Position numbers and translations under genes: made by a program
In this document: positions 59,813-64,000 of the stretch, piece by piece
Position numbering within the stretch: the stretch's first letter is position 1
How the letters are laid out: each line of letters begins with the position of its first letter
Assembly: GCF_018350175.1 (NCBI RefSeq)
Contig: NC_058382.1
Location: 55,616,001 to 55,680,000 of the forward strand
Source: Felis catus
Lineage: Eukaryota
Direction: 5' to 3'
DNA length: 64,000 bases
The notes under the pieces: model-generated
Told to the model about the DNA's origin: nothing
What the model saw: the letters and a program-made list of their open reading frames with translations, nothing else
Databases searched by the model: none

Positions 59813-61679
59813 CAGAAACCTGGGTTTTAATCTTATTTCTATCTTTTCCTAACCGTGTGATCTTAGACAATGTACTTAGCCAGCTGGGCCTCAGTTCCTC
59901 ATTTGGATAATGGGACTGGTTATTGTACCTAACTTCTGAGTTTGTTCTGAGGATCAAGTGAGGTGTTGTGCATCGAGCCCTTGGGACACTTTTTGACATT
60001 CCAGTAACTGTTAAGAATGTTTGACATTCCTAGGCATTTAGTCACTGTTAGTTCCCACAATGTTATTATTGATATCTGTGTCCCTCTTATGATGTTATGA
60101 TGCCAAATCTCTTTCTACTTTTTACCTTTAGAGTTCACCACTGGGTCCCTCATGATGCATCTGTCTTCACGTGAAGTCTATTTTGAGAAATGAACTTCTG
60201 ATTTTTTGTCTTGTATCTTAAACAAAACATCATTGTTTGAAGATACTTGGAAAACCATAAAGGCTTTATTGATGTACTTGCGCATTCAGAGACTTCTCTT
60301 TGTGCATTAGTTTCTCTTGGACACAGTGTGATAGAACAGGACTGCTGTGGACATTGGTTGGAGTGACAGCGAGTGATCACTTAACTTTTCAAAGACTCAG
60401 TTCCTCATTTGGGGAATAGGGTAGCAGCAAGCCCACCTACAGGATGATTTCGTGTCTTTGAAGGTGGTAGATATGGAATCACTTGCAGAAAATATGGCAG
60501 AAATTCAAATGTCCCCTCAACCCCCCTTCTTCTCCATTTCATTTGTGATTTACTTATATCTATATAACTTAACCTATACATCTATTTAATTATATCTCAT
60601 GTCTCTTATCCAAATTTTTTCTAAATACTTTTTTTTTTTTTTTTACTAGCTGTAGAGAAATTTCTTTAAAAAGTTTTTCTGCCTTGTCCACTGGACTTTT
60701 TATCAGTTTTGTCCTGAGGACCATGGAGGAGGCCTACTGGGATGGACAGCTCTGTGCAGGTTCTGTGCTGGGCCTGAGCTGCTCTGCGTATACATTCTCC
60801 TGTTGTTTGGTGGTGTCCCCATTCCGTTAAGCTCTAGGTTTTCCACACACAGTGCATTGGGCCATAGTAATCGTAGCAGTTGATTGATTTTAAACCATGG
60901 GCCTCCCATTGCTCAGAAAATGTCGAGTAAGCACTGGTTGACTGACTTCCCAGTTAGAGGAATTCATATGTCTGGAAGGCAACAGGATAAGGGCCTGCTA
61001 TTTTTTAGAAGACCACCCACTGGGGCCAGATAAGACCTCTACATCTGTGGACGCTTCACTTGTTTGTCTGGTGTCGTATCCCTTTGGCCTGACCCCGTTT
61101 CCCTCATCTCTGTAGGTCTGTGGTCCCACTGGATACCAATCACCATAGCTGTGGTCATTGTTATCTCTTCCGATGCCCCAAAAGCCTCCTTAAGAGTTGG
61201 CTGATTCAGTTAGAGAAATCCAAGTATCAAGAAAGGAAGCACAAATTAGTTTGTTTTTGTCTTGCTTATCTGTCTAGAGAAAGCATCTCTGCTCTTTCAA
61301 ATGTCTGATAAATGGACTTGATTATCCTTCAAGCAAACACGTGGTTAAACGGTGGGGGTTGTGGGTTGTTGGAGAGTCTGCTGTCTGACAGCAAATCCTT
61401 CTCTTTGTGGTTGTCTTCTCAGTCTTGATGACAGCAAGTTTTCCGAGACACAAAACCTCTAAGTTTATGTTTGAGAAACATGGTGAAAGTTTCTCCTCTC
61501 TGCTCCCCTTGAAGAGGTGGCCTGTGTGGAAGTTGAAGTGTCTGAGGAGAGGTGGTAATGACTGGGATTGGGGATCAGCAGAGCTGTCCTGTGGCGTCAG
61601 TTTGTTACTAACAGGGTTGTTGATTTGTCAGCTTGATTTTTCTATTCACTTCTTCCTCATTCAGCTGATAGATATTAAA

Positions 61680-61945
61680 CTCACAGCATAGTGGGCTCTG
61701 GGTGAGTTCTCTGGGGCCATACTTCTTGGGTTTGTATCCTGGCTTTTCATTTAGCAGCTATGAGGCCTCTGAAAAGTTATTTGATCTCCCTGTGCCTTGG
61801 TTTCCTCATTTATAAAATGGGGTTAATAAAAGGATCTGTCTCATAGGGATTTTTTCTGAGGGTTAAGTGAATTAATATTTCCGTATGTTAACTGAGTCAT
61901 TTCTGGCACCTGTGGGTGCAGTTTAAGTATTTGCTGATGTGTTAA
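61680..61945 (+). mobile_element. MIR
   Basis: ctccctgtgccttggtttcctcatttataaaatgggg...ctcatagg. Confidence 0.8.
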
Positions 61946-62516
61946 TACTGTAAATTGGGCACATGGCTAGGTAGCAACATAGGGCAGGGCCCTTCCCTCA
62001 CAGAGTGTGCCTCCCTTTTGGAGATGAGCTGTCCCAGTGCAATATTTACAAGAAGTGCAAGGAAACAGACATGCAGGGTGCAGTGAGAGTGAATTCAGTT
62101 GCTCTGGCCCACTTGGCACATGTCCTGGAAGTTGTCCCTGGGAGGTGACATTTGTGCTGGGCTTTAGGAGGCTAGGGGACAGCCTCAAGAGGATGGAAGT
62201 AAGCCAGTGTGGCTGGAGTGCAGACAGAGTGGGGTGGGGAAGGCCCAGAGCTGAGAAGGCAGGTAGATCATCAGATAGAAATTCTTCCTTAGGAATTCTC
62301 AACTTTCAGTGAATTTCAGAATTGCCTGGAGAAGCTGCTTAAAAATGCAGAACCTCTGAAGGTTCTGATTCAGATGATCTGGGGTGGAGGTCTTCATTTT
62401 AACAAGAATCTTGGGGTGGTTGACATAGCAGATTCATAGACACAGTGAGACCATGTTAAAGATATGTGTTCCTATCTTAATCTGTATTGAATTGGGGAAC
62501 CACTGAAGAAGTTCTT

Positions 62517-62736
62517 TAAAAAAAATTATTTTTAATGTTTATTTATTTTTGAGGAAAGAGAGACCGAACATGAGTGGGGAAGGGGCAGAGAGAGAGGGAG
62601 ACACAAGAATCTGAAGCAGGCTCCAGGCTCTGAGCTGTCAGTACAGAGCCTGATGCAGGGCTCTGACTCATGGGCTGTGAGATCATGACCTGAGCTGAAG
62701 TAGGACGCTTAACAGACTGAGCCCCCCAGGTCCACC
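62517..62736 (-). mobile_element. Can-SINE
   Basis: TSD aagaagttctt. Confidence 0.94.
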
Positions 62737-62829
62737 AAGAAGTTCTTCGATATAATTGTGGCATAATTTCCATCTGGATCACCTCCACATTTTGAGATTC
62801 TGTAGGTTTTAGCAATAGCTAAATAATAG

Positions 62830-64000
62830 TTATATAACCATCAGCCTGTCACAGTCAAGATACAGAATATTTACATCAGCCCCAAAGTACCCTTGTGCCC
62901 TTTTTATAGTCAAGCCCTTCTTCCTCTCCCAGTCCCTGGCAGCCACTCATCAGTTTTTTTCCATAGACTTTGCCCTGAGTGTCATATGAATGGAATCATA
63001 CAGCTTGTAGCCTTTTGTGTCTGGCCTCTTTCACTTAGCATGATGCTTTTGCCATCAATCCATGTTATTGCACGTGTCATAGTGTATTTCTTTTTATTTA
63101 TCAATATGAAATTGTGTGTATCACAGTTTGTTTATCCATTCAACAGTTGATGGACATTTAGTTATTTGTAGTTTTTAGAAATTGTGAATACATCTGATAT
63201 AAACACTCTTATACAGGTATTTGTGTAGACATGTTTTTATTTCTCTTGCACAAATATCTAATAGTGGAATTGTTGTATCATATAGGAAGCACATGTTTAA
63301 TTTTTAAGAAATTGCCAAGCTGTCTTCCAAAGTGGCTTTGCATTCCCACTAGTGATGAGTGAGAAATGCTATTAGTTTATATCTTTATCAGCACATGGTA
63401 TTATCAGTTAAAAACATCTTTTGTAGTGGCACGCCTGGGTAGTCGGTTGAGCGTTGGATTTTGGCTCAGGTCATGATCTCACAGTACGTGGGTTTAGACC
63501 CATGTTGGGCTCTGTGCTGACAGCTCAGAGCCTGCAGCCTGCTTCAGATTCTGTGTCTACCTCTCTCTCTGCCCCTCCCCTGTTCACGTTCTGTCTCTGT
63601 CTCTCAAAAATAAACTTCAAAAAAAACTAAAAAAAAACCCCACATCTTTTGTAGCTATTTATTGTGATTTGAATTTGGAGTTTCCCAGTTGCTAATGACA
63701 TTGAGCATCTTTTCATGTATTTATTTATCACGAATTCATAGTTCTTCTTTGGTGAAGTGTTTGTTAATGCATTTTGACCGTTTCAAAAAGACTGTATTGT
63801 TTTATTCTTACTGAATTTTGAGAGTTCTTTAAGTATTCTAGCTACAAGTCCTTTATCAGTGGTATAGTTTGCAAATATTTCCTCCCAGTCTATGACTTAT
63901 CTCTTCATTTTATTAATAACATCTTTCAGAGAGCAGAAGTTTTAAACTTTATAAAGTCCAATTTATCATTTTTTTTTCTTTTATGGTTCATGGTTTTTTG
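62830..64000 (-). mobile_element. Old L1 (L1MB/MD/ME-type) 3' region running off the window, interrupted by a SINE
   Basis: catatgaatggaatcatacag...tgatggacattt...ttccaaagtggc...ttgagcatcttttcatgt...ttgcaaatatttcctcccagtct. Confidence 0.85.
63428..63640 (+). mobile_element. Can-SINE
   Basis: TSD acatcttttgtag (63414-63426 / 63642-63654). Confidence 0.94.

Overview
This is mammalian, specifically felid (cat-like), non-coding DNA. The carnivore tRNA-derived SINEs include young felid SINEC_Fc-type copies. I found no protein-coding exon, RNA gene, CpG-island promoter or CRISPR-like system. The ORFs I could assign are SINE, LINE, LTR or microsatellite read-through, and the rest look like chance ORFs. 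Much of the window is interspersed repeat. I count about 35 Can-SINEs, many with readable target-site duplications (TSDs). There are also decayed L1 fragments (including an ORF1-to-ORF2-endonuclease segment), L2, MIR, a CR1/L3 reverse-transcriptase fossil, MaLR/ERVL solo LTRs and hAT DNA-transposon relics. SINE orientation is skewed (27 minus vs 8 plus), which suggests a large intron of a plus-strand gene that I cannot identify. The most notable items are a possible SINE-L1 chimera under one TSD, nested SINE stacks, a tandemly amplified MIR core, a CpG-rich inverted MIR pair and several repeat-free, homeodomain-motif-rich enhancer candidates. Repeat family names come from recall of consensus sequences, not a database search. 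Boundaries of old repeats are approximate. I see no convincing evidence of a novel biological system.
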